Of a stretch of 64,000 nucleotides of DNA, positions 46,008 through 54,135 are shown in pieces. This stretch comes from a virus (lineage: Duplodnaviria > Heunggongvirae > Uroviricota > Caudoviricetes). The stretch lies in IMG/VR virus record IMGVR_UViG_3300046543_000050, one strand, 5' to 3'. The position numbers were made by a program, and so were the translations under genes. The notes below the pieces were generated by a model. That model was not told the origin of the DNA, did no database searches, and worked only from the letters and a program-made list of their open reading frames with translations. Numbering within the stretch: the stretch's first letter is position 1; each line of letters opens with the position of its first letter.

Positions 46008-46040
46008 TTGACAAACATGGGAATTCGTGTAGAATTCCCA
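46008..46040 (+). promoter_or_regulatory. early promoter TTGACA-N16-TAGAAT with perfect inverted repeat TGGGAATTC-gtgta-GAATTCCCA
   Basis: Two inverted ATTCCCA half-sites; the right arm includes the -10. Confidence 0.6.
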
Positions 46041-46069
46041 TTGTCGCTTCTGAACCCGGAGATTCCCAC

Positions 46070-46342
46070 ATGACCTACCAACTCGATACCAACGCCGACC
46101 ACATCACCAACGCTGGTGCTCGCGCTCTGATCGGTGGTCTGCGTGACAAGTTCTGTGGACTCAACAAGATGTACGGCGTCCGCTATGTTCGCGCGTTGGC
46201 CGAAGTTTGCAAGTACCAAGAGACGGACTTCTACACGTACCGGATGGGCCTGACGACGCGGAAGTTCCGGTCGCAGAAGGAAGCTGGCGTCTTCATGGAA
46301 AAGACGATCAACGATCTGTTCGAGTTTGGCATCCTGAAGTGA
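46070..46342 (+). CDS. hypothetical protein (90 aa)
   Basis: RBS ccggagattc. Confidence 0.45.
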   Translation: MTYQLDTNADHITNAGARALIGGLRDKFCGLNKMYGVRYVRALAEVCKYQETDFYTYRMGLTTRKFRSQKEAGVFMEKTINDLFEFGILK

Positions 46343-46399
46343 TTGACAAGTGTGGGAATGTTTGATAGTATCCCATCATCGCTTCTAGGAGAGAACACC

Positions 46400-46534
46400 A
46401 TGACCAACGCCTTCGCCAGCTTCATGATCCGCAACACCAAGTGGAACCTTCCGTTCTGGTATGTCGGTGGTATCCTGACGGTACTGGCAATCCTTCGCGC
46501 AGGTTGGAACATCATTCACTTCTTCGGAGCGTAA
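46400..46534 (+). CDS. small membrane protein (44 aa)
   Basis: Promoter TTGACA 46344; RBS taggagaga; TM GGILTVLAILRAGW. Confidence 0.35.
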   Translation: MTNAFASFMIRNTKWNLPFWYVGGILTVLAILRAGWNIIHFFGA

Positions 46535-46537
46535 GTC

Positions 46538-46789
46538 ATGCGAGTGACCCTGAACAAGATCAACGCGGCAATCAAGGCCGCTGGCGGAAAAGAAGAACTC
46601 GCCAAGGGTGAAGGCTACTATTACTTCATGGATGGCGACGCGGCAGCTTGGCCGTTCGAGACTGGCGTGTATGGCCCGTACCGTCTGGGCGACATCTCCG
46701 TTGAACAGTGGGTTGAAGAATGGCGATTCCGTCATGACAAGTACGAAGAAATGAAGAAGATGTTTCATACGCCGACGAAGGCTAAATAG
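46538..46789 (+). CDS. hypothetical protein (83 aa)
   Basis: ORF. Confidence 0.45.
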   Translation: MRVTLNKINAAIKAAGGKEELAKGEGYYYFMDGDAAAWPFETGVYGPYRLGDISVEQWVEEWRFRHDKYEEMKKMFHTPTKAK

Positions 46790-46849
46790 TTGGTGGCCGT
46801 TGGGCTACGAAGCCTAATAATTCTGTCAAACAGTAGCCCAAAGGACACC

Positions 46850-47728
46850 ATGAAAACCTTCCACGAACTCCGCAAGTACCTGAATGATCTGCCGATGGTG
46901 AGCGAAGAATTGCACCAGTCGATCCATGACGTTCTGGATTCGGAACACATCAAGCCCGAGCAAAAGCTGACGCACATCTCGCACGCGATCCGTGGTGCGC
47001 TCAAGCGGGGTGAAGATCATGGTCTGGAAGATGCGAAGCCCAAGAAGGGGTCCAGTCGGGCTGTGTTCTTCCCGAAGGAACCAACCAAGCTGAAGATCGA
47101 CGGGACCGATACGCACATGCCTACGGCCCTCAAAGTGGCATTCCCCGGCCAACTGGACAAGTACAAGAAGCATGACGAACCGTTGCTTGGTGAGGAACAG
47201 AATCGCGTTGAAGGCGATCACTTCACCAATCAGAACTATGGCGTACTGCGTCAGGGTGAACGTCATGGCGAGTACCATACGAACGAACACGGCTTCCTCG
47301 CGCCAATGCTGCACGCCCACGATGAAGGTCATCACATCCACTTTGGCAAGATCGAACCGATCAAGGCGGGCGACTTCAAGAAGCATACAGTCGCGCCCGG
47401 ATTCCCGAAGGGTATCAGTCATGACGAGATGTTCGACTACCTGAACCATCATCACGAAGAAGCGCACGGCAAGAAGCACTACGGCAAGACCAGTCCCGAA
47501 CGGATTGAACAACTCGAACAGCATCCGATGCTGGAAAACATGCATAGCTGGATGGGAAACACTGGCGCACATCCCGCCGATCTGAACAAGCGCAATATGG
47601 GCCTCTGGACGCATCCAGTGACCGGCAAGAAGCATGTCGTGGTGAGTGACTACGGCTACACAGGCGATGTCGCCAGACAGTACATGGAACGTCGCCAACG
47701 CATGACGAAGGCAATGAGGGGATACTGA
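46850..47728 (+). CDS. His-rich protein (292 aa; ~12% His, HxH/HHH clusters)
   Basis: Late-type CTAAATA at 46782; HAHDEGHHIHFG, NHHHEEAHGKKHYG. Confidence 0.55.
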   Translation: MKTFHELRKYLNDLPMVSEELHQSIHDVLDSEHIKPEQKLTHISHAIRGALKRGEDHGLEDAKPKKGSSRAVFFPKEPTKLKIDGTDTHMPTALKVAFPGQLDKYKKHDEPLLGEEQNRVEGDHFTNQNYGVLRQGERHGEYHTNEHGFLAPMLHAHDEGHHIHFGKIEPIKAGDFKKHTVAPGFPKGISHDEMFDYLNHHHEEAHGKKHYGKTSPERIEQLEQHPMLENMHSWMGNTGAHPADLNKRNMGLWTHPVTGKKHVVVSDYGYTGDVARQYMERRQRMTKAMRGY

Positions 47729-47758
47729 TGAAACGCGAAGGATGGGATGGATAAAGAA

Positions 47759-47785
47759 AGGCCGGTCGAAAGATCGGCCTTTTTG
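47759..47785 (+). terminator. rho-independent terminator with GAAA tetraloop + T-run
   Basis: AGGCCGGTC-gaaa-GATCGGCCT TTTT. Confidence 0.7.
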
Positions 47786-47796
47786 CATTCTGGGCC

Positions 47797-47825
47797 TTGA
47801 CAATGTATTCCCAAACCTGTATAAT
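47797..47825 (+). promoter_or_regulatory. class-A early promoter TTGACAatgtATTCCCAAACCTGTATAAT
   Basis: Followed by TCTTCACATACC and RBS cgggagcg. Confidence 0.65.
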
Positions 47826-47854
47826 TCTTCACATACCAACCGGGAGCGAACACC

Positions 47855-48109
47855 ATGACCACGACGAAGCTGACGAAGTATGATTACGCCGCGCAACTGG
47901 CCCTGTTTCTGGTCGAGAAGGTTGGTTCGATCTACGGTACGTGGGAAGGTCGGATGACGGCTGCTGAACAACGCGCACTGTTTGGGCGGTTCATCGGCAA
48001 GGGAAAGATCATCATCGACGGCGACAAGGAAGAAATTCATCAGCGCGTCAAGGTGTGCTTCGGCACCGACTACGACGACCGCGATTACGTCAACTGGAAA
48101 GACCTGTAA
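47855..48109 (+). CDS. hypothetical protein (84 aa)
   Basis: ORF after class-A promoter. Confidence 0.45.
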   Translation: MTTTKLTKYDYAAQLALFLVEKVGSIYGTWEGRMTAAEQRALFGRFIGKGKIIIDGDKEEIHQRVKVCFGTDYDDRDYVNWKDL

Positions 48110-48152
48110 AAGTAGCAGTACAATCATCCAACCAATCTCAGGAGTCTCACAC

Positions 48153-48407
48153 ATGAACAAAATCACCGACATCCAACGCGGTCGCGAACTGGTCGCGCGG
48201 AACCAACTGGTCGAAGCGGCAGCGATCAATCTGTTGCTCGCGATGGTCAATCCGCATCGACCGGGTGAGACGGTGCGGGCACGCGTCGAACGCACCAAGC
48301 AATTCCTGTTGGAACAGATCGTGGAAGCCGGATTCAGCGTCGAAGAAGCCGATGAACTGATCCGCGAAGCCCATGCGAAAGCATACGTCGAATTCATGAA
48401 GGTTTGA
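48153..48407 (+). CDS. hypothetical protein (84 aa)
   Basis: RBS caggagtctc. Confidence 0.45.
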   Translation: MNKITDIQRGRELVARNQLVEAAAINLLLAMVNPHRPGETVRARVERTKQFLLEQIVEAGFSVEEADELIREAHAKAYVEFMKV

Positions 48408-48436
48408 TTGACAAAGTAATCCCAAACCTGTATTAT
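48408..48436 (+). promoter_or_regulatory. class-A early promoter TTGACAaagtaATCCCAAACCTGTATTAT
   Basis: Followed by CTTCACATCGACAACG and RBS cacggagatt. Confidence 0.65.
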
Positions 48437-48469
48437 CTTCACATCGACAACGACCACGGAGATTCCAAC

Positions 48470-48985
48470 ATGAGCAACCAATTCAAACTGATCGACATCG
48501 CTACGGTTCGCAACAAGGCCAACGACGCCATCGGTCGCACCCGCAACCGTCTGGCAGTCTCGCGCAAGGTTCTGGATCGTATCCTGACCCTCTGCGATGG
48601 CAAGGTCATCAACCATCGAATCGTGAACAAGTTGGCGCTCGCGCTCCCGGACCTGAAGTTCTATCTGGACTCGAAACTCGGCTGGTATCAGTTGGAAATC
48701 GACGGACCCGGCTTCGACACGATTCGCGTGAATCTGGGCTACAAGAGCCAGACGACCGTGATCGACAAGGCGCTGGTCGAAGAAGGCTTCAATCCGTACC
48801 TGTTGGATGCCGAACGCATCGTCAAGTATGAAGAAGAAGTCAAGACCATCGAGGAACGTGCGAAGCGTTTCAACGATGCGCTGGTCGAACTGAAGTCGGC
48901 GTATGACGGTCTGGGCGACTTGCGGTTCGCATTCTCGGACAATCATCTCCCGTCCATCAAGGACGCCAACGACCGCTGGATTTAA
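48470..48985 (+). CDS. hypothetical protein (171 aa)
   Basis: ORF after class-A promoter. Confidence 0.5.
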   Translation: MSNQFKLIDIATVRNKANDAIGRTRNRLAVSRKVLDRILTLCDGKVINHRIVNKLALALPDLKFYLDSKLGWYQLEIDGPGFDTIRVNLGYKSQTTVIDKALVEEGFNPYLLDAERIVKYEEEVKTIEERAKRFNDALVELKSAYDGLGDLRFAFSDNHLPSIKDANDRWI

Positions 48986-48994
48986 GGGGACACG

Positions 48995-49195
48995 ATGAAC
49001 GCTCAAACTATCGAATACTTGGTTTACAAGGGTGGGGATTGGGTCAACTTACTCACCCTCAACTACCGGGATGGTATGCCAATTCCGGCGAAGTGGATGG
49101 TCCTCCATTACGAAGAAGTCAATTACGAAGTGACCAAGGTAGCGTTCAACATCAGTAACGCTGCAATCGAAGTAGAAGTCGCCAGATTAGCATGA
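48995..49195 (+). CDS. hypothetical protein (66 aa)
   Basis: RBS taagggga. Confidence 0.4.
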   Translation: MNAQTIEYLVYKGGDWVNLLTLNYRDGMPIPAKWMVLHYEEVNYEVTKVAFNISNAAIEVEVARLA

Positions 49196-49338
49196 GCGGT
49201 CTTGCACAGTGGTTGGTGCGTGAAGCTGAACATCAGCGCAAGTATGGTGCTGGTTGGGCTTCACGTAGTAATTTGAAGTTCATCGCAATGGTCATCATCG
49301 CCAACAAACACATCGATGACGGTGTAACGCCGTTCTAA
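49192..49338 (+). CDS. small hydrophobic protein (48 aa), not in the ORF track
   Basis: ATGA overlap with upstream stop; MSGLAQWLVREAEHQRKYGAGWASRSNLKFIAMVIIANKHIDDGVTPF. Confidence 0.3.
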   Translation: MSGLAQWLVREAEHQRKYGAGWASRSNLKFIAMVIIANKHIDDGVTPF

Positions 49339-49359
49339 ACAAGAGAAAGTAGAAACTAG

Positions 49360-50733
49360 ATGACAGTACTTGAAATCCTGAATCAAATCGCAGCAACCCC
49401 GAAGAAGACTGAGAAGGAAGCAATCCTCGCATCGCATGTCGAAAATCCAGTCCTCTCGAAAGTGTTCTATCTGGCTTATCAACCAACCATCAACTTCTAC
49501 ACGAAGCGCATCCCGGCGTTCGCGACGAACACAGGTGCAACCGTGTTTGATGATGGCCCGATGTCCCTCGAAGAAGCTTTGGACTCCATCCTGAAGGTTC
49601 TGGCCGGTCGCAAGCTTACCGGCAGCGCGGCATCTTCGCACCTGTCCAGTCTCCTGTCGCAAGTCTCCCCGGACGATGCTGAAGTCCTCTCGCGCGTGGT
49701 GCTGCGTGATCTGCGTATCGACGCGGGCGCAAACACGGCAAACAAGGTCTGGAAGGGGCTGGTGCTCGATGTTCCCTACATGCGGTGCAGTCTACCCAAG
49801 GAAGTCGATCTGAAGGCGTTTCCGTGGGTCACAGGGCTATATTCGCAGTTGAAGTCTGATGGCTCATTCACGAACGTCAACGTCTATGGTGACGGCGATG
49901 TCGAGTACATGACCCGCAATGGCAACATCTACCCGGGCGAAGACTTCGCGGATGTAACCGTGTCGTTCCAACGCGCCCCGGCTGTCGGCTTCCAGTACCA
50001 CGGCGAACTGACGGTGTACAAAGATGGCGAACTTCTCGAACGTGCAGAAGGTAATGGCGTCCTGAACAAGATTCAACAGGGAAAGTCGAAGCTTCCGGCT
50101 GGCTACACGATTCGCTTCACGGCATGGGACATGATTCCCATCGAAGAAGCCAAGCCCAAGAGCAAGTACGAAGTCCCGTATGCGGTTCGTCTCGCGCAAC
50201 TTGAAGGTCTGGGTCTGTCGGGTGCTGTCGAAGTCGTAGAGACGCGCGTAGTCCACACGATCCGCGAAGCCTACGAACACTATCAGGAACAGTTGGCCCT
50301 TGGTCTGGAAGGCACGATCCTGAAAGACCCGTCCGGGTTCTGGGAAGATACGACCTCGCGCAAGCAAGTCAAGTTCAAGTTGGACGTGACCGTTGAGCTT
50401 GAGTGTGTCGGCTTCAATCCGGGTAAGGGCAAGAATGCCAAGACCTTCGGTTCGGCGATCCTTCGTTCTTCCGATGGTCTACTGACCGTGAACTGTTCGG
50501 GCTTCAAAGACAAAGACCGTCAGTACATCTCGGACAACCGCGAAGACTTCCTGAACACGATCTGGGCTGTCACGGCGAACGCGATGACCAAGGTCCGCAA
50601 AGATGGAACCCGTAGTCTGTTTCTCCCGCGCTATGTCGAACAACGCAATGACAAGCAAGACGCTGATTCACTCGAACGCATCGTCGCTCAGTTTGAATCG
50701 GCAGTGACAAACCTCGAATCTCTGATCGCGTAA
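49360..50733 (+). CDS. 30: ATP-dependent DNA ligase (T4 gp30 homologue)
   Basis: N-terminus MTVLEILNQIAATPKKTEKEAILASH matches T4 ligase MILKILNEIASIGSTKQKQAILEKN; adenylation motif LKSDGSF (KxDG). Confidence 0.9.
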   Translation: MTVLEILNQIAATPKKTEKEAILASHVENPVLSKVFYLAYQPTINFYTKRIPAFATNTGATVFDDGPMSLEEALDSILKVLAGRKLTGSAASSHLSSLLSQVSPDDAEVLSRVVLRDLRIDAGANTANKVWKGLVLDVPYMRCSLPKEVDLKAFPWVTGLYSQLKSDGSFTNVNVYGDGDVEYMTRNGNIYPGEDFADVTVSFQRAPAVGFQYHGELTVYKDGELLERAEGNGVLNKIQQGKSKLPAGYTIRFTAWDMIPIEEAKPKSKYEVPYAVRLAQLEGLGLSGAVEVVETRVVHTIREAYEHYQEQLALGLEGTILKDPSGFWEDTTSRKQVKFKLDVTVELECVGFNPGKGKNAKTFGSAILRSSDGLLTVNCSGFKDKDRQYISDNREDFLNTIWAVTANAMTKVRKDGTRSLFLPRYVEQRNDKQDADSLERIVAQFESAVTNLESLIA

Positions 50734-50750
50734 GCAACACGTTGGAAGTG

Positions 50751-50757
50751 CTAAATA
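50751..50757 (+). promoter_or_regulatory. late-promoter-like CTAAATA inside inverted repeat GGAAGTGCT...AGCACTTCC, 35 nt before the ATG at 50792
   Basis: ttggaagtgctaaatagttttgacagcacttcc. Confidence 0.45.
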
Positions 50758-50791
50758 GTTTTGACAGCACTTCCAACCAACCAGAAACACA

Positions 50792-51061
50792 ATGCCCCTC
50801 TACGATTACAACTGCAAAGAATGTGGACACACATTCGAACGCACCCTCCGAATCTCGGACATGAAGAAGCCGGAAGGCGAACCGTGTCCGTCCTGCAACA
50901 AGCCCGACACCATCCAGAAAGTTCTCATGGGTGCGCCGCCCATCGGTGATCCTGTTCGTCTCGGTGTCCGAACCCTACCCGGCGATTTCAAAGAAGTGCT
51001 CAGTCGCATCAGTGAACGTAACTACAAATCAAATTTGAAGGACAAGTTGAGTCGTAGTTAA
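50792..51061 (+). CDS. FmdB-family zinc-ribbon protein
   Basis: MPLYDYNCKECGHTFE...CPSCNKPD (CxxC...CxxC). Confidence 0.6.
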   Translation: MPLYDYNCKECGHTFERTLRISDMKKPEGEPCPSCNKPDTIQKVLMGAPPIGDPVRLGVRTLPGDFKEVLSRISERNYKSNLKDKLSRS

Positions 51062-51101
51062 GTTTCGATCATCCAACACCCTGAAACGGGAGCAACACAA
51101 C

Positions 51102-51878
51102 ATGGCACGCAAGAATCGGACTCCTAACAAGCCCGCCGTGAATAACGCACAGGCACAAAGCGTTCAACGTCAAGATCGTCCTGATCACGTCTCGAATCGC
51201 CTGAAGCTGCGTATTGATGATCTGAAAGTGTTTGATCCGCTGACCCAGAATCAGCGAATTTTCTTCGAAGAATACAGCAACCAACAGAACATGGCATTCG
51301 TGCTTCACGGATGTGCTGGCAGCGGGAAAAGTTTTATCGCCCTCTACAAAGCGTTGGAAACGGTGATGGACCCGGCGATTCCGTTCGATGGTGTTGTGAT
51401 CGTTCGATCTGCTGTCCCCGGTCGCGACATCGGGCACTTGCCCGGTTCGGAAGATGAAAAGTTGGCAGTGTACGAGCAACCCTACATCGGCATCTGTGCT
51501 GATCTGTTCGGCAAGCACGACGCGTATCAACGACTGAAAGAAGCTGGCAACATCGACTTCATTTCGTCGTCCTTCATTCGCGGCACGACGCTCGATAACA
51601 AGATCGTGATCGTGGACGAGATGCAGAACTATTCGTGGGAAGAACTCTACACGATTGCGACCCGCGTCGGTCATCGCACCAAGATCATCTTTGCTGGTGA
51701 CTTGCGTCAGACGGACCTCCGCAAGCGTGGTGATCCTTCCGGCTTGGTGAAGTTCCTCGACATCATGGAATCAATCGAGAACGTTGCAGAGATTGAATTC
51801 GGCGTGGCCGACATCGTTCGTAGTGCTTTCGTAAAAGCGGTAATTGTTGCAACGATGGCATACGACGACGCGCATTGA
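51102..51878 (+). CDS. phoH: PhoH-like ATPase
   Basis: Walker A GCAGSGKSFIAL; Walker B IVIVDEMQN; ~258 aa. Confidence 0.85.
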   Translation: MARKNRTPNKPAVNNAQAQSVQRQDRPDHVSNRLKLRIDDLKVFDPLTQNQRIFFEEYSNQQNMAFVLHGCAGSGKSFIALYKALETVMDPAIPFDGVVIVRSAVPGRDIGHLPGSEDEKLAVYEQPYIGICADLFGKHDAYQRLKEAGNIDFISSSFIRGTTLDNKIVIVDEMQNYSWEELYTIATRVGHRTKIIFAGDLRQTDLRKRGDPSGLVKFLDIMESIENVAEIEFGVADIVRSAFVKAVIVATMAYDDAH

Positions 51879-51903
51879 TGAAGTTCTGGGATTCCTCGAA
51901 AGG

Positions 51904-51910
51904 CTAAATA
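51904..51910 (+). promoter_or_regulatory. late-promoter-like CTAAATA inside inverted repeat GGGATTCCTCG...CGAGGAATCC, upstream of the lysozyme gene
   Basis: tgggattcctcgaaaggctaaatattgatatacatagcccgaggaatcctaaATG. Confidence 0.5.
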
Positions 51911-51938
51911 TTGATATACATAGCCCGAGGAATCCTAA

Positions 51939-52448
51939 ATGTCTTACACCCTGTCCGCTGCGGGCGCTAACCTTATCAAGCAGTTCGAAGGTCTTAAACT
52001 GACCGCGTACTACGATTCGGTAGGTGTCCTTACAATTGGTTACGGAACGACGAACTCAGTCCTTCCGCCAAGCCAACAGATTAAACCCGGTCAAACCATC
52101 ACCGAAGCGCAAGCGGAAATTTTCCTTGCACTCGGCGTGAATAAGTTTGCACCCGGCGTGAATAATCTGGTCAAATTCCCAATCACTCAAGGCGAATTCG
52201 ATTCGCTGGTTTGCTTTGCCTACAATGTCGGCACTGGAAACCTTGCTTCGTCCACACTTCTTCGCAAACTGAATTCTGGCGACATCATCGGCGCACAGAA
52301 AGAATTCCTGAAGTGGAACAAAGCTGGCGGACAAGTCCTTCGTGGTCTTACACGTCGCCGTCTTGCTGAAGCTGTCAACTTTGGTTCCCTGACGCGCCAA
52401 CAATTGATCGATCAGTGCCTTGGTGGTGTCGATCCTGACAAAGCATAA
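51939..52448 (+). CDS. GH24 lysozyme (endolysin)
   Basis: IKQFEGLKLTAYYDSVGVLTIGYGTT catalytic-region motif (E...D...T); 169 aa. Confidence 0.8.
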   Translation: MSYTLSAAGANLIKQFEGLKLTAYYDSVGVLTIGYGTTNSVLPPSQQIKPGQTITEAQAEIFLALGVNKFAPGVNNLVKFPITQGEFDSLVCFAYNVGTGNLASSTLLRKLNSGDIIGAQKEFLKWNKAGGQVLRGLTRRRLAEAVNFGSLTRQQLIDQCLGGVDPDKA

Positions 52449-52459
52449 AGAGAACAATA

Positions 52460-53737
52460 ATGTCACTTAACTACTGGCAAATGCGACATCAACTGGATGC
52501 GCTTCAACTCGTCACCGAAGAACTCAAGTCGGTAGAGAAGGGGACGCATCTGGAAGTTACGCCGTCGCACATGAAGAAGCCGCTTCACAAGGGTACGGCG
52601 CTCGAACATCGCGACAATCCTTCGCACTACGGACCAGACGGTCACGCAGCATTGGATTCGCATGTCAAGTCGGTCCTCGCTGATCCGTCCAAGAACGGCG
52701 TCTACAAGTCGGCTGACAGCTACACCAAGGAACATCTGGGTCATGGCTATGAATTCCATGACGACCAACCGAAGTCATCGCTACGTAAGCAGTACGCCAT
52801 CGGCAAGACGTATGATCTGGCAACCCAGAACAGCCCCGAGTACAAGCGTCGGGTGTTTGATGGTTATGCGAAGAATCGCCCGGACATCCTGAAGCAGACC
52901 AAGGCCCATGACTATGATTCACTGGTCCAAGGTTCGTACAAGGCTGTGGCGAAGGAAACGAACAAGCAGTTCGAACACATGCCGGTTCGCACGCAGTACC
53001 ACGAAGGTTCGATGGGCTATCACAATTCAGGTGAGATGCTTCGCGACATTCATGGTCACAACAACCTGACTGTGTATCGCGGCGGTGATCGTCATGAATT
53101 CCTGCACAATACGGACAAGACTGGCCTGAACGAGAACGAGAAGTTCCGTGCGGTTCATGACTACTTTGGTCATGGCGTATATGGCAACCAGTTTGGCCCG
53201 AAGGGTGAAGAAGTAGCGTGGCACTCGCACAAGAAGATGTTCTCACATGGCGCTTCTGTGGCGATGACATCCGAGACGCGTGGTCAGAACTCCTATGTGA
53301 ACTACACGCACGCGAACCTTGGTACGCAGAAAGAGATGGAAGGTCATCGCAAGGCCAAGCACGCTGCACTGAATGCCGGTGACTTCGAAGCCGCGAATCA
53401 TGCGGATGAAGGTCTGCGTCAAGCTGGTAGCAAGTGGAACTACGCGAAGCAAGCCTCTGTTGCTCTCCCGCACGAGATGCTTCACCCGCACTATGACGGC
53501 AACGTGCCTCACTCTATTGCGCCTCTGTTGCATGATCCGGCGTCGCGCGAGAACCCCACGTATGATGTTCATAAGGACCACTTGGGATTGGCTGAACTGG
53601 CCCGTCATCACAACACGTCTTCGCACAACCGTCAGGGCGGCGGTGTTCTGGATCGTGAGAATGCACACGCGGACCTGAAGCACATCGCTGGTGTTCACGG
53701 ATACCAAAAACTCAGTCACAACCCGTTCAAAGGCTAA
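52460..53737 (+). CDS. second His-rich protein (425 aa)
   Basis: Immediately after the lysozyme gene; many HxH/HGH/HHN clusters. Confidence 0.5.
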   Translation: MSLNYWQMRHQLDALQLVTEELKSVEKGTHLEVTPSHMKKPLHKGTALEHRDNPSHYGPDGHAALDSHVKSVLADPSKNGVYKSADSYTKEHLGHGYEFHDDQPKSSLRKQYAIGKTYDLATQNSPEYKRRVFDGYAKNRPDILKQTKAHDYDSLVQGSYKAVAKETNKQFEHMPVRTQYHEGSMGYHNSGEMLRDIHGHNNLTVYRGGDRHEFLHNTDKTGLNENEKFRAVHDYFGHGVYGNQFGPKGEEVAWHSHKKMFSHGASVAMTSETRGQNSYVNYTHANLGTQKEMEGHRKAKHAALNAGDFEAANHADEGLRQAGSKWNYAKQASVALPHEMLHPHYDGNVPHSIAPLLHDPASRENPTYDVHKDHLGLAELARHHNTSSHNRQGGGVLDRENAHADLKHIAGVHGYQKLSHNPFKG

Positions 53738-53766
53738 TTGACAAGACTGGGAATTCATGTTATAAA
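53738..53766 (+). promoter_or_regulatory. early promoter TTGACA-N17-TATAAA with GGGAATTC / GAATTCCC inverted half-sites 40 nt apart
   Basis: ttgacaagactgggaattcatgttataaa...ccctaagaattcccatc. Confidence 0.5.
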
Positions 53767-53840
53767 GGTCGTGCTCAATATTGGGCTAAACCCTAAGAAT
53801 TCCCATCTATGACAACTTGCTTTCAAAAGGACACATCATC

Positions 53841-54017
53841 ATGGCAAACAGCTACAACACCACGGACAAGGCGAAGGCCGTCTTGGACGAAATCCTAGAA
53901 GACCTGAAGGCGTCGGACGAACCGACCGAATCACATCTTCCCGAAGAAGTAACCAAGTTGGACAAAGCAACATTGTTGGCAGTTATCTACAGATTGGTTG
54001 CAAAAGTACGCGACTGA
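53841..54017 (+). CDS. hypothetical acidic protein (58 aa)
   Basis: ORF after promoter. Confidence 0.4.
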   Translation: MANSYNTTDKAKAVLDEILEDLKASDEPTESHLPEEVTKLDKATLLAVIYRLVAKVRD

Positions 54018-54051
54018 GTGCTATAATACGCACTTGTCGATCCGTGTTAAA

Positions 54052-54073
54052 GGGGACTTCGGTCCCCTTTTTC
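54052..54073 (+). terminator. rho-independent terminator GGGGAC-TTCG-GTCCCC + TTTTT
   Basis: Perfect hairpin with UUCG loop. Confidence 0.65.
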
Positions 54074-54135
54074 ATTTCCAAACTTGTTTCTGTTTGCAAC
54101 TAAAGAAACAAGAAGAACTAAAAGGGTTGATACGA

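Noticed and set aside
46826-49006. 726-aa ORF on the minus strand
   Set aside because: It is antisense to at least eight + strand genes that have their own promoters, RBSs and terminators. Long open antisense frames are expected at this GC content. It has no promoter or RBS, and it crosses two + strand intergenic terminator/promoter regions.
52665-53369. 234-aa minus-strand ORF rich in Cys, Ser and Arg
   Set aside because: Antisense to the second His-rich protein gene. No promoter or RBS.
54019-54040. Promoter-like AGTGC-TATAAT-ac-GCACT immediately before the 54052 terminator
   Set aside because: Only ~25 nt separate the -10 from a strong terminator, so a productive transcript is unlikely. 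It is more probably part of the 3' end structure of the upstream gene.
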